This document shows, piece by piece, positions 29,826 through 44,083 of a stretch of 64,000 bases of DNA. Position 1 is the stretch's first letter, and each line of letters opens with the position of its first letter. A model generated the notes under the pieces. It was not told where the DNA came from. It ran no database searches and was given only the letters and a program-made list of their open reading frames with translations. The stretch comes from Eledone cirrhosa (lineage: Eukaryota), in the NCBI GenBank assembly GCA_964016885.1, contig OZ024748.1, positions 38,688,001 to 38,752,000 on the forward strand. The letters are read 5' to 3'. Made by a program: the position numbers and the translations under genes.

Positions 29826-30532
29826 CACCTGTATAGTAAAGTAGTTCCCATCGTAACTCCCACCTCTATAGTAAAGTAGTTCCCTACGTAACTCCCACCT
29901 CTATAGTGAAGGAGTTCCCTACGTAACTCCCACCTCTATAGTGAAGGAGTTCCCTACGTAACTCCCACCTCTATAGTAAAGTAGTTCCCATCGTAACTCC
30001 CACCTCTATAGTAAAGTAGTTCCCTACGTAACTCCCACCTCTATAGTAAAGTAGTTCCCATCGTAACTCCCACCTCTATAGTAAAGTAGTTCCCTACGTA
30101 ACTCCCACCTCTATAGTAAAGTAGTTCCCATCGTAACTCCCACCTCTATAGTAAAGTAGTTCCCATCGTAACTCCCACCTCTATAGTGAAGGAGTTCCCA
30201 TCGTAACTCCCACCTCTATAGTAAAGTAGTTCCCATCGTAACTCCCACCTCTATAGTGAAGGAGTTCCCATCGTAACTCCCACCTCTATAGTGAAGGAGT
30301 TCCCATCATAACTCCCACCTCTATAGTGAAGGAGTTCCCATCATAACTCCCACCTCTAAAGTGAAGGAGTTCCTTACGTAACTCCCACCTCTATAGTAAA
30401 GGAGTTCCCTACGTAACTCCCACCTCTATAGTGAAGGAGTTCCCTACGTAACTCCCACCTCTATAGTAAAGGAGTTCCCTACGTAACTCCCACCTCTATA
30501 GTGAAGGAGTTCCCTACGTAACTCCCACCTCT
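29826..30532. repeat. 35-bp minisatellite, about 20 copies
   Basis: Unit CGTAACTCCCACCTCTATAGT(A/G)AAG(T/G)AGTTCCC(TA/AT). Confidence 0.97.
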
Positions 30533-30611
30533 GTCACCCTCGCCGGCGCAACATACTTGATATTAAGATTTTGTGGGGAAATTTCGTTGACGGAGACTGT
30601 AGAAGCTCGTC

Positions 30612-30752
<141 letters not shown>

Positions 30753-30784
30753 TCATATAAAATAATACAACTGGCTATCCGCAA

Positions 30785-30904
30785 AATACATATAGTTAGC
30801 ACCCGAAACGTAAAATTGGGATTATACTAAAGTATATCCTAATGTTTGTTGAGTGAGATGGAAGCCGGTCGGAGTATTGCTTAAAGCTTTCTCTGTTAAT
30901 GTAT

Positions 30905-30908
<4 letters not shown>
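30785..30908 (+). repeat. Dispersed repeat end, homologous to 34672-34795 (probable PLE pLTR 3' end)
   Basis: Shared ATATAGTT.GCACCC.AAACGTAAAATTGGGA...TTTGTTGAGTGAGATGGAAG..GGTCGGAGTAT...CTCTGTTAATGTATTAA. The other copy lies directly downstream of an HHR-like motif. Confidence 0.7.
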
Positions 30909-30956
<48 letters not shown>

Positions 30957-31136
30957 GTCGTATGGATGCTAGGATGCGTCCATAGGCGGTATGCCGGTTG
31001 AGCACTCTATGCTCCTACTGAGCAGAGTATGATTATATGGAAAACGAGAAAACGAAGAATCAGTGATACATCGGAATACAACGTAATAAATTGTATTCTG
31101 ATGCATCACTGATTCTTCGTTTTCCATATATATGTC

Positions 31137-31402
31137 AGCTCAAAAGTGACACAGAGGAGACTGAGGTTAGCTGGACATGCTCACCGACATCCAGAGTTGA
31201 CATTGCACTCAGTGCTCCTTTGGGAGCCCCTACATGGACACACTAGAAGAGGAAGACCAAGGTTAACGTATGTTGATGCCCTAAGGACAGACACTGGTCT
31301 GTTGGAGACGCAGGACATGGCAGCGATAATGAGGGACAGAGACCGCTGGAGAGAACTCGTCCATGGATCTCGGGAATTTTACCCGCCTTAGATAGATAGA
31401 TA
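31137..31402 (+). mobile_element. 5'-truncated RTE-group LINE 3' end
   Basis: QRRLRLAGH..RHPE....VLLWEP.HG..RRGRP..TYVD.L..DTGL......M.DRDRWR is the typical RTE/RTE-X ORF C-terminus. The stop at 31391 is followed by a (TAGA)n tail. Confidence 0.85.
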
Positions 31403-31478
31403 TATTTTTATAATTAATAGATATATATATTTTAATCATTAATATATATAAAGTGTCAGTAAACAAGCAACATATACT

Positions 31479-34095
<2,617 letters not shown>

Positions 34096-34592
34096 TGTCG
34101 ATAGTAACAATGTTTGGACAGTGGGACGGAGTTTTTAGTTCTAACTAGGGATTAAATAAAAGTGTATTTTACAAATCTCTATATATATATGCATATAAAT
34201 AAAATAGAGAAATTAATGTAAGAAGCCAACAGTAAATCAGACATATAAGTGACTTTAACGTAAGATATGGGAAAATAATTTAATCCCAATTCAAAACAAG
34301 TCAAGACCAAAAATTTTATCCACAGATTTTGTGTAACCCGGGGAAAAACCAATAGAATCTAAAATTAAGGCTAAATACGTATCCGTCAATTTGGAAAAAT
34401 CTAAAAATGCACTATATAGTCTTAAAAAGACTATTTCACGAAACTTTTCAGTGGGGTTAGTTACGGTTGGGGTCGTTCCTCAGTATTGCTCAACACGTTA
34501 ACTAAGTGCCACAGCTAAAATATGCCAGAGGGGAATTTAAAAGCAGGCTCGTCTGCAATTGAATTAGCATATATATATATATATATTTATTC

Positions 34593-34648
34593 ATTCTGAC
34601 GATGAAGACAGACATAACATCTGCCTTCAAGAAATCACTGGATAAAAT
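34593..34648 (+). ncRNA. Degenerate hammerhead ribozyme motif
   Basis: att-CTGACGA-TGAAGaCAGA cataaca TCTGcCTTCA a-GAA-ATC actg GAT-A^aaat. Stem I is only 2-3 bp. Confidence 0.45.
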
Positions 34649-34793
34649 ATTACAACCGACTTTCCACATAATACAATATAGTTGGCACCCCAAACGTAAA
34701 ATTGGGAATATACTTAGGTATTTCCTAATGTTTGTTGAGTGAGATGGAAGTTGGTCGGAGTATCGCTAATAGCCTTCTCTGTTAATGTATTAA

Positions 34794-34831
<38 letters not shown>

Positions 34832-34947
34832 CAGATTAAAGTTTAAGCAAAGAATCCCTGCTTTCACCCTTAACAGGATCTTCTGAAACTATATTATCCT
34901 TATATATTATTATCCGTATCGAGCCCTCTTCGGATTTTAGTCTTCAC

Positions 34948-35016
<69 letters not shown>

Positions 35017-35085
35017 TATGAAGAGAGAAGAAACATTTAGATATAATAAGTAATAAAATGTATCATACCTAAACTGTTCCTAGAT

Positions 35086-35175
35086 TCCTCGACTACGTAG
35101 TTTCGTGGCATAAACAAAAACAATACATCATAAAGATATAGGGTCCTTGCGAGGTCTGCCGACTTATCAAGAGGA
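35086..35175 (-). ncRNA. Type-I hammerhead ribozyme, U3-A8 core, large stem-II loop
   Basis: Minus strand reads TCCTC-TTGATAA-GTcGGCA...(~48 nt)...TGCCAC-GAA-ACTACGTAGT-C^GAGGA. Confidence 0.7.
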
Positions 35176-35678
35176 TACCTCATTTTACTAGCTTCAAGAA
35201 CGCGTCCATACGACGTGAGAAAGAATCCCAAAAGGCGGAGGGGGAGATAGTCACGCGATATAACGGTCGAGAAACAGAGCTAAGCCTCTTATAACCCCGA
35301 AGAAAATACCACGGAGGCGGAGGGGGTATTTATATCGAAGCCGTAGAAGAGGTGGTGAAGGGGGCGAGAAGTATGAGTGATGGCCGCTTTCCAGCAGTCA
35401 CCACACTTCAAAGATTACTCAACCAGAGGGAGTTATTAACAATATATTTAGAAACACACAGATACATGCGGACACACACATATACTTGAATACATCCACA
35501 CCCGACCGTGAGTTAAGGGTGCCAGCCCCACCGGTGTTGCTCAATGAATGACTGGGACAGACCAATCTGGTTGAACCAGACTGAACCAGTATCAGAGTTA
35601 AAAATACATTATGAAGAGAGAAGAAACATTTAGATATAATTAGTAATAAAATGTATCATACCTAAACTGTTCCTAGAT

Positions 35679-35768
35679 TCTTCGACTACGTAGTTTCGTG
35701 GCATAAACAAAAACAATACATCATAAAGATATAGGGTCCTTGCGAGGTCTGCCGACTTATCAAGAGGA
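35679..35768 (-). ncRNA. Second copy of the U3-A8 hammerhead (one stem-I mismatch)
   Basis: Identical to 35086-35175 except that the 3' strand of stem I is GAAGA. Confidence 0.65.
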
Positions 35769-35959
35769 TACCTCATTTTACTAGCTTCAAGAACGCGTCC
35801 ATACGATGTGAGAAAGATATATATATATATATATACACACACACATATGAGGTTTGATTGGACGGAGACTCAGTCTGTATGTGTGTAATCTTGTTTAGTT
35901 AGCTCCCATATGAAAAATATGTATACAATTGATATATATATAATTCATGTAAATAAATT

Positions 35960-36160
35960 TATCTTTTCAACGCTTTTCAACGCTTTATTATAATAAGGAG
36001 CTGGTGTGTTGAAGAGAGATGTGTAAGATGAAATATGAGATAACTGTGAGATAACATTTGTCATCAAGTTGTTTCTTATGGTAAAAGAATTGTTTGAAGC
36101 AATATTTATGTAACCTAAGTTTTCATTTGTCTTCTTAAGTTGACAATATTTATAGCTTTC
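35960..36160 (-). pseudogene. Decayed PLE ORF fragment (post-RT thumb region)
   Basis: KKTNENLGYINIASNNSFTIRNNLMTNVISQLSHISSYTSLFNTPAPYYNKALKS resembles the PLE motif KPN....YI...SNHP..I.K.L...I..RLS..SS....F...AP.Y..AL..S. Confidence 0.65.
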
Positions 36161-36387
36161 TAAAGGTGAAATCTCAGAAATTCTCTTTAAATCTGTGTCA
36201 ACGTTAGATGTACTTTCTCCTCCAACTCTCTCTTCTGTAAATACTACCACAATGTTCCCTGCTCTCTCAGGTCTCATGATACCTCAACTCAGGGATTGTT
36301 GGTCTCGTGCTATACATACACACACATATACATACACACATATATATATACACACATATACATACACACATATATATATATAGATAT

Positions 36388-36463
36388 CGTGGCTGCCAAA
36401 TCGTTTTCGAGTACGGCCACTACTTTATATCCATGTACGAGAACCCCTACCGATGCGCTGAAC
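36388..36463 (-). mobile_element. Short 3' fragment of the RTE-derived non-autonomous element
   Basis: Matches 43863-43938 and 49458-49533. Confidence 0.8.
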
Positions 36464-36556
36464 GTATATAGATATACACATATACACTGACAAGCTCACA
36501 CATGCATACATACACACGTATATATATATGTGTGTGTGTGTATGTATGTATATATG

Positions 36557-36591
<35 letters not shown>

Positions 36592-36632
36592 ATATAAATA
36601 TATATATGTGTGTGTGTGTGTATGTATATATG

Positions 36633-36691
<59 letters not shown>

Positions 36692-36760
36692 GTGTGTGCG
36701 TGTATATGTGTGGGTATGTATATATATCTGTGTGTGTATATATATATATGTGTGTATACA

Positions 36761-36798
<38 letters not shown>

Positions 36799-36844
36799 TC
36801 AATGATATTAAATAAATGGAAACTATATTTATAAAACCACATTT

Positions 36845-36907
36845 ATTTTATTATATATATTTCAAGGGTAACCAAGACAACATTGGTACGCTTTCATCAG
36901 ATAAAAT
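36845..36907 (-). ncRNA. Type-I hammerhead ribozyme (family of 61037/61197)
   Basis: Minus strand reads ATTTTAT-CTGATGA-AAGcGTACCAA tgttgtc TTGGtTACcCTT-GAA-ATATATAT-A^ATAAAAT. Confidence 0.8.
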
Positions 36908-36982
36908 ACAAAGTTTGTTTTATAAATAGAGACATACCCATGAAAATCATACCTTATCGGTTGGAAGTTCACTATCTAGTGA

Positions 36983-37013
<31 letters not shown>

Positions 37014-37097
37014 CACGCACAGTATACACACATATATATATACACACATATATATACATACACACACACACACATATATACATAGACACACGCACAC

Positions 37098-37134
<37 letters not shown>

Positions 37135-37139
37135 CACAC

Positions 37140-37174
<35 letters not shown>

Positions 37175-37290
37175 CACACACATATATATATATACACACA
37201 TATTTACTCCAGTAAACTGTTGAGTGCTCTAAATCAGTTATAAACATTTATGTTTGTCAGACTTCCAACAAATTAAATACAACTTCTACT

Positions 37291-37364
<74 letters not shown>

Positions 37365-38082
37365 AACACAAAGAACCATCGACAATGTTGTGGAGTGTGT
37401 GTGTCTCTATGTGTGTATCTCTATGTATGTGTGACTCTATGTATGTATGTGTCTATGTATGTGTCTCTATGTATGTATGTGTGTGTCTATGTATGTCTGT
37501 GTCTATGTATGTCTATGTATGTCTGTGTCTATGTATGTCTGTCTCTATGTATGAGTGTGTCTATGTATGTGTGTGTCTCTATGTATGTGTGCCTCTATGT
37601 ATGTGTGTCTCTATGTCAGTGTGTGTCTATGTATGTGTCTCTATGTATATGTGTGTCTCTATGTATGTATGTGTCTCTATGTATGTGTGTGTCTCTATGT
37701 ATGTGTGTGTGTCTCTATATATGTATGTAAGTGTGTCTCTATGTATGTATGTAAGTGTTTCTCTATGTGTGTATGTGTGTGTCTCTATGTAAGTGTGTAT
37801 TTGTGTGTATATGTCTCTATGTATGTAAGTGTGTGATGTTAGACACTCTGCCATACTTTATCATGAAATGTTTTTTATGCTGATAAAAGCTTCAAACACA
37901 CCACATCACCATAGAGTGTAGACACATACATATATACACACATACATACACACGTGCTTACACATACATATATACACACATACATACATACATGCATACG
38001 TATGTATGTAGATGCATTAGTATAAAACTATACCCTCATATAATATTTATACACACACATATATATATATACGAAGATGTTA

Positions 38083-38133
<51 letters not shown>

Positions 38134-38160
38134 ATATATATTATATAATATGTATATATA

Positions 38161-38226
<66 letters not shown>

Positions 38227-38642
38227 ATATATATATATATATATTATATATATATATACAAATCTATGGAACTCTCTAGACTTCAACAAAGAAACCTTGT
38301 TACTTTGCCAGTGACCAACTTAATTTTGTGAAGATGAACTGAAATGTCAAGGAAACCAAATTATTTTACGGCTTTCTATCATTTCACTGTGCTCGTGCTG
38401 GGGCCGGCCTTGAACAGATTTATTCGATCTTATCGAGGCACCCTCCTCCAATAAATTATTTCAGTTATGTAGAGATTTTAAAGTGAAAGTCAAATTTGTC
38501 CCAAATTTAACAGGTCCGGTACAAATAGGAGGAGCTTACCCTGCGTTCATTGGAGCAAAATATATCAGTATATTGCCAGAACACACAGCTGGTGGTAGCG
38601 GAAAACTAGAGATAGCTACATACAAAAGAAAGGGCTATATGC

Positions 38643-38714
<72 letters not shown>

Positions 38715-38722
<8 letters not shown>

Positions 38723-38883
38723 ATGTACACCTACATACATATATGTATACAGACGTACAGTAGTATGTATATATATACATACATGCACACATATATATAT
38801 GTACGTATGGATTCACCGAACATTTATTATAATGCTCGGTGTGTTTGTAAACAAACATCCCGAATTATCGTTTCATTTTTTCC

Positions 38884-38961
<78 letters not shown>

Positions 38962-39120
38962 ACACCTACATACATATATGTATACAGACGTACAGTAGTA
39001 TGTATATATATATACATACATGCACACATATATATATGTACGTATGGATTCACCGAACATTTATTATAATGCTCGGTGTGTTTGTAAACAAACATCCCGA
39101 ATTATCGTTTCATTTTTTCC

Positions 39121-39122
<2 letters not shown>
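38715..39122. repeat. Tandem duplication, ~237-bp period
   Basis: 38715-38885 is repeated at about 38950-39122. Its 5' part also matches 11983-12072. Confidence 0.85.
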
Positions 39123-39164
<42 letters not shown>

Positions 39165-39291
39165 GTGTGTATGTATACATGTTTGATTTTCCAAGAGATG
39201 GCGACAGAATTGGACCTATTATTTCTCTCTAAAAAAATTTTCTTTCGTTTCCACAGAAATCTTTCCATTTCTTTTTTAATTTCTCATTTTA

Positions 39292-39327
39292 TTTTCTGAT
39301 GAAGGACTAGCGTGCGAAACGTTGAAA
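39292..39327 (+). ncRNA. Minimal hammerhead ribozyme (family of 14298), one stem-II mismatch
   Basis: TTTT-CTGATGA-A-GGAC tagc GTGC-GAA-ACGT-T^GAAA. Confidence 0.65.
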
Positions 39328-39491
39328 CTCTTTTCCTACTATATCAAGCGTAAAACTGATATATTCATTGAACCTTCTCGTTTGCTTTGTTATTTCTGTT
39401 TGTCTTTTGTATATATATATATATAATTCAAGAAAGAAGAGTGACATGGTTCGCTATAAGTGGACTGCCTATAACGATAACCTGTTATCCC

Positions 39492-39566
<75 letters not shown>

Positions 39567-40235
39567 ATTCTAGCGATATGATGATTGAATGCCAGGAAAC
39601 GAGTGTATTTACTACATATAAATGTAATCTTTGTTACTCCAGTTCTCTGCGCATGCGCCAATATACATACATAAGCCACCACTGTAAGAGTGCTGCAGTT
39701 ATGTATTGTGACAGAACTAATTTATATTGCTATATAACCCTGTATGTATGACTAGGGGAATATCGTAACTGTATACGTGTATAAGTTGTACATGCTGTGT
39801 TAAAGTAGATTTTCAGTTCTTTACATTCCTTCACCCTTTACCAAAATCCTTAATTCCTTATGTAGAAATCATTAGGTTTTAATGAAATTTCGCTGACTTT
39901 TTCACTTCGTTAACTTTCAATCGTGTTCCTTCCCGCCCAGAACAGCTCGCAGTTTTTTGCTTAAAATGTCCTACATATAAAGTTAGAGGTTTAAAAGACA
40001 CTGGATAAAACGCTAGTTAATGACAAATTAACGTCACCATTGGCTGACAATTTAAGATTTGTTTTCATATGATAAATACTGAGATGTTTACAGAATGAAT
40101 GCACTATTGTTTGGGATGAGATGCTAACGTCTCACAGGTTAACTTCCAGCTGCCATGACAGTGCCTGACGCCTGTTTGTATATAGTTATTGTACATCATT
40201 AATACAGTCTCTGTCTTACCATTAATCTAGCAAAT

Positions 40236-40267
<32 letters not shown>

Positions 40268-40304
40268 TTGACATATATATGTATATATGATATATATATA
40301 TATA

Positions 40305-40361
<57 letters not shown>

Positions 40362-41373
40362 ATAAATGAAAGATATAGAAATTATTGTAGCAAGAAGCCA
40401 ACAGTATTCCATAATATATAATATGATATATATATATATATATATATAGTTATACGTTTGAAGAACAGTCAGCCAAAATATATCCAATTTTTCTTCTCCT
40501 TTGTCCGTAGAAATCAACTAGATAAATAATAATTTAAACGGAGCTAAGTTTAAAATGTAACTTTGAAGAAATAACAGATAATGTCACAGACTCTCCTCTG
40601 TGAGGGACAGGTATATAAGAGTTACCTAGTCCTGCCTCTTAGACCCATATATACAGTATGAACCCAAAATATTAAGAGTCGTAACCTAATTACAACCAAA
40701 CAATTCTCTTCTGATAGTCAAATATTTCTACTAAATACCCTACCACGACCACCACCACTGCACCACCACCACCACCACCACTACACCGCCACTACACCAC
40801 CACCACCACCACTACACAACCACTACCACCACCACTACACCGCCACTACACCACTACCGCCGCCACCTTCTTTAATAGACGTGAGTTATTCAAGGTCAAA
40901 CAGTGAGTGCAAGGTCAACAATGCTGTACAAAGTTGTGCTAGTATATAGGTCAAGTTAAACTTGTAGAATTGAAACACTTCCACATATCTCGTTTTACTT
41001 TTAGTACCTTATGTCATTTTTTCGTTTATTCTTTTACTGGTTTCAGCTAGTAGACTACGGCCATGCTGGGAGCATCACTTTGGTTTAGACCACCATATCG
41101 ATCTCAGTCTTTAATTCTAAGTCGGTACTTATTATATCGATCCCCTTTCCTGTCGAACTGGTAGTTGGACATAAACATATTTTTGTTTTTCTCTCGTTTT
41201 GATATATTTTTGTGTATTTTATTTAAAAGATTCCCAGCAATAATTAATTGATTATATATATATGTACTTCTATTTAATCCTATATTTGTTATATGATATT
41301 AAAGTATGTTTATCAGATAGAAAAGTGTCCACGAGGTTAACATTTATATAAGATTCCTTCCCAACATCGAAAT

Positions 41374-41560
41374 AATTGTTTCTACTTTTTGGCACAAGGC
41401 CAGCAATTACCCAGTGCATTACTGGTACTTTATTCTATCGACCCCGGAAGGATGAAAGGCAAAGTTAACCTCGGCGGGATTTGAACTCAGATCATACAGG
41501 GAGGTAACTCTATGCTTCAAAGCATGGCATCCGACCCTCTACCGATACTGCCAATCCACC
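41374..41560 (-). mobile_element. Octopus-type tRNA-derived SINE, near full length
   Basis: Reverse complement of the 29334-29512 family, starting GGTGGATTGGCAGTATCGGTAGAG and containing the B box GAGTTCAAATCC. Confidence 0.85.
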
Positions 41561-42016
41561 CGAAATAATGGTAAACGAACACAGGTAACCCAAACGAAAC
41601 AGGACCCACATAAAAGATACAAATACTTAACTATAAAAACAGAACTTTTAACACAATTACTTTGTTAAAACTAATCCTTGTATTATAACTATAATAAATG
41701 AAACAGGGTATATAAAATAGAAAAACTTAATGTAGAAAATAGTGGTAATAAACTCTCAGGAGAGTAGGAGAGCAGAAGGTCTTCAGAGAAGAAACACCGA
41801 CTTCAATCAAGTGTTTTGACCCCTTCACTTCTCCACAACAAAACATATTACACGTACATTAAATAAAAATGAAAATATTCGTCCTAGAGCGGGACGGGGG
41901 CTCGATATGATTGACTAAATACCTTGAAGCCGATGCCCCAGCATGGCCGCAGTCTAATGATAGAAACAAGTAAAATAATAAAATAATAGCTCCCATTTGA
42001 TAGTGAAATGCTGCAG

Positions 42017-42429
42017 CACCATCATCACCACCATCACCATCACCATCACCACCATCACCATCATCATCATCACCATCACCATCATCACCATCACCATCAC
42101 CACCATCACCATCATCATTTGATAGCGGGACTCCTGCAGTGTTTGATAGCGAAGGACTTGCATTGGGAGAGAGTGGGGCAGTTTTAAGATTCTTAGTTGT
42201 AACGTCTACTGTTGCAAATGATTCTGATCTTGGCATTTTAAACATGCAACACATCATCACCATCACCATCATCACCATCACCATCATCATCTACATCTAC
42301 ATCACCATCATCACCATCACCACCATGACCATGACCATCATCACCATCATCACCATCATCATCACCACCATCACCATCATCATCACCACCATCACCATCA
42401 CCACCATCATCACCATCACCACCATCACC

Positions 42430-42461
<32 letters not shown>

Positions 42462-42650
42462 CATCATCATCACCATCATCACCATCACCATCATCTACAT
42501 CTACATCACCACCATCACCACCATCACCATCATCATCATCAGCAGCATCTACATCGCCACCATCACCATGACCATCACCACCATCATCTACACAATCATC
42601 ATCATCATCATCATCAACATCTACATCTACATCATCATCATCATCACCAT
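42017..42650. repeat. (CAT/CAC)n trinucleotide tracts flanking a 130-bp unique island
   Basis: Direct reading. Confidence 0.9.
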
Positions 42651-42690
42651 TTTATATGGACGCGGTCAAGTCACAGTTTCCTTTGGAGAG

Positions 42691-42727
<37 letters not shown>

Positions 42728-42864
42728 GAAACTATTCAGAAGTTTTGACAAAAATTGCTGCAGTTGTGAATATTTCATACTTTTAAGACTTCATATTTTA
42801 ATCATCATCATCGTCGTCATCTTCTCGTCATCGTCATCATCCACATCATCATCTCATCATCTCG

Positions 42865-43047
42865 TCATCATCATCATCATCATCATCTACCTCCCAGGAA
42901 ACTCTGTTGTTGGACGAAGGCCTTCTCCGAGCGTCGCCATCTTTGCTGATCCTAAGCCATTAGTGGTCAAACCTTTTCAATTTTCTCGACCACCTGGTCT
43001 TCCGGCTGCCTTGGTTTCTTGTGTAACCTCTTGGGGTCACATCTTTT
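42865..43047 (-). mobile_element. Decayed RTE LINE 3' end with (GAT)n tail
   Basis: Minus strand RGYTRNQGSRKTRW...DQQRWRRSEKAFVQQ followed by GATGATGAT resembles the RTE C-terminus W....EAFVQQW. Confidence 0.7.
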
Positions 43048-43177
43048 AATGGTTAACCAGAGAGGGAAGGGCAACAGTATAAAGCACACACTGCACTTGT
43101 TGCTTATAAGAGAAGTTAACTGGAATTATATAAAGTTGGTCAAAGCTCTCGGCATTGAGTGGGATGGCAGGGGGGGG

Positions 43178-43310
43178 GGGGGAATTAGCAGAATCGTTAG
43201 AGCGTCGGACAAAATGCTATCATGTAATTTGGTCAGAGTACATTATGTTCCGAGCTCAAATCACATCGACGTTAATTTTGACTTTCATCTTTCTGAGCGT
43301 TAAAATTAAT
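43178..43310 (+). mobile_element. Diverged tRNA-derived SINE
   Basis: TTAGCAGAATCGTTAGAGCGTCGGACAAAATGCT...GAGCTCAAATC...GACTTTCATCTTTC is related to the main SINE family. Confidence 0.65.
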
Positions 43311-43568
43311 ATATTTCTTCCATTTCTATATATATATATCATGTATAAATATATGTATAAATGAGGACAGGCCATCCGGGATATTTCTGACATTTATTTC
43401 ATTTACAGTTGAAATATTTCACGAGAAACCACCAGATCAGGTTTTGATATCAGAGTTTTCGGAAGTTTTTGAACTTGTAATTCTATAGACTTTTAAATAG
43501 TGAAGCATTTTACAATGAAAGCACGTCCGTTTCTAATATACACACACACACAGATAAAACATACTGTT

Positions 43569-43610
<42 letters not shown>

Positions 43611-43612
43611 CT

Positions 43613-43645
<33 letters not shown>

Positions 43646-43859
43646 TTATATGAGAGTTTTATTTTGTAAAGAAGAAATTGGCAGACTTTGAAGTTCTGGA
43701 AGTATTTCCCTGAACAGACTACAGCTGCTTTTACACTGTGTGGTATATACATATACATACATACATACATACATACATACATACATACATACATACATAC
43801 ATACATACATACTGACATACATACTGACATACATATATACATACATACATACATACATT

Positions 43860-44073
43860 CATGGTGGCTGCCAACTCGTTTTCGAGTACGGCCACTACTT
43901 TATATCCATGTAGGAGAACCCCTACCGATGCGCTGAACGAGTGACTTTATAGTCCAGCCAGCGACTTTAAAACTCTGGTACAAACACTACACTTGTGACA
44001 ATTACTGACACATAGTGCTGGGACCATGGTACCATGTGATGACAAGTGCAGAGAGATCTCCAGATATAAAGCA
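43860..44073 (-). mobile_element. 5'-truncated copy of RTE-derived non-autonomous element, with (TATG)n tail at 43750-43859
   Basis: Closely matches 49454-49670 with only scattered differences. Confidence 0.85.
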
Positions 44074-44083
44074 TACATACATA

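Larger units (their letters stand above)
35011..35817 (-). mobile_element. Non-coding unit with two 214-bp direct repeats (35011-35224 and 35604-35817), each carrying an HHR; retrozyme/PLE-pLTR-like
   Basis: The repeats differ at only about 3 positions and are offset by 593 nt. The spacer has a minus-strand TATAAA at 35329-35334. The unit is flanked by (TA)n on both sides. Confidence 0.8.

Noticed and set aside
34210-34450. Possible PLE GIY-YIG C-terminal remnant on the minus strand (RLYSAF...TCFELGL)
   Set aside because: Too degenerate to support without an alignment.
34838-34945. Minus-strand CCGAAGA...GAAAGCA...TGCTT possible hammerhead
   Set aside because: The core is mutated and stems I and II do not pair convincingly.
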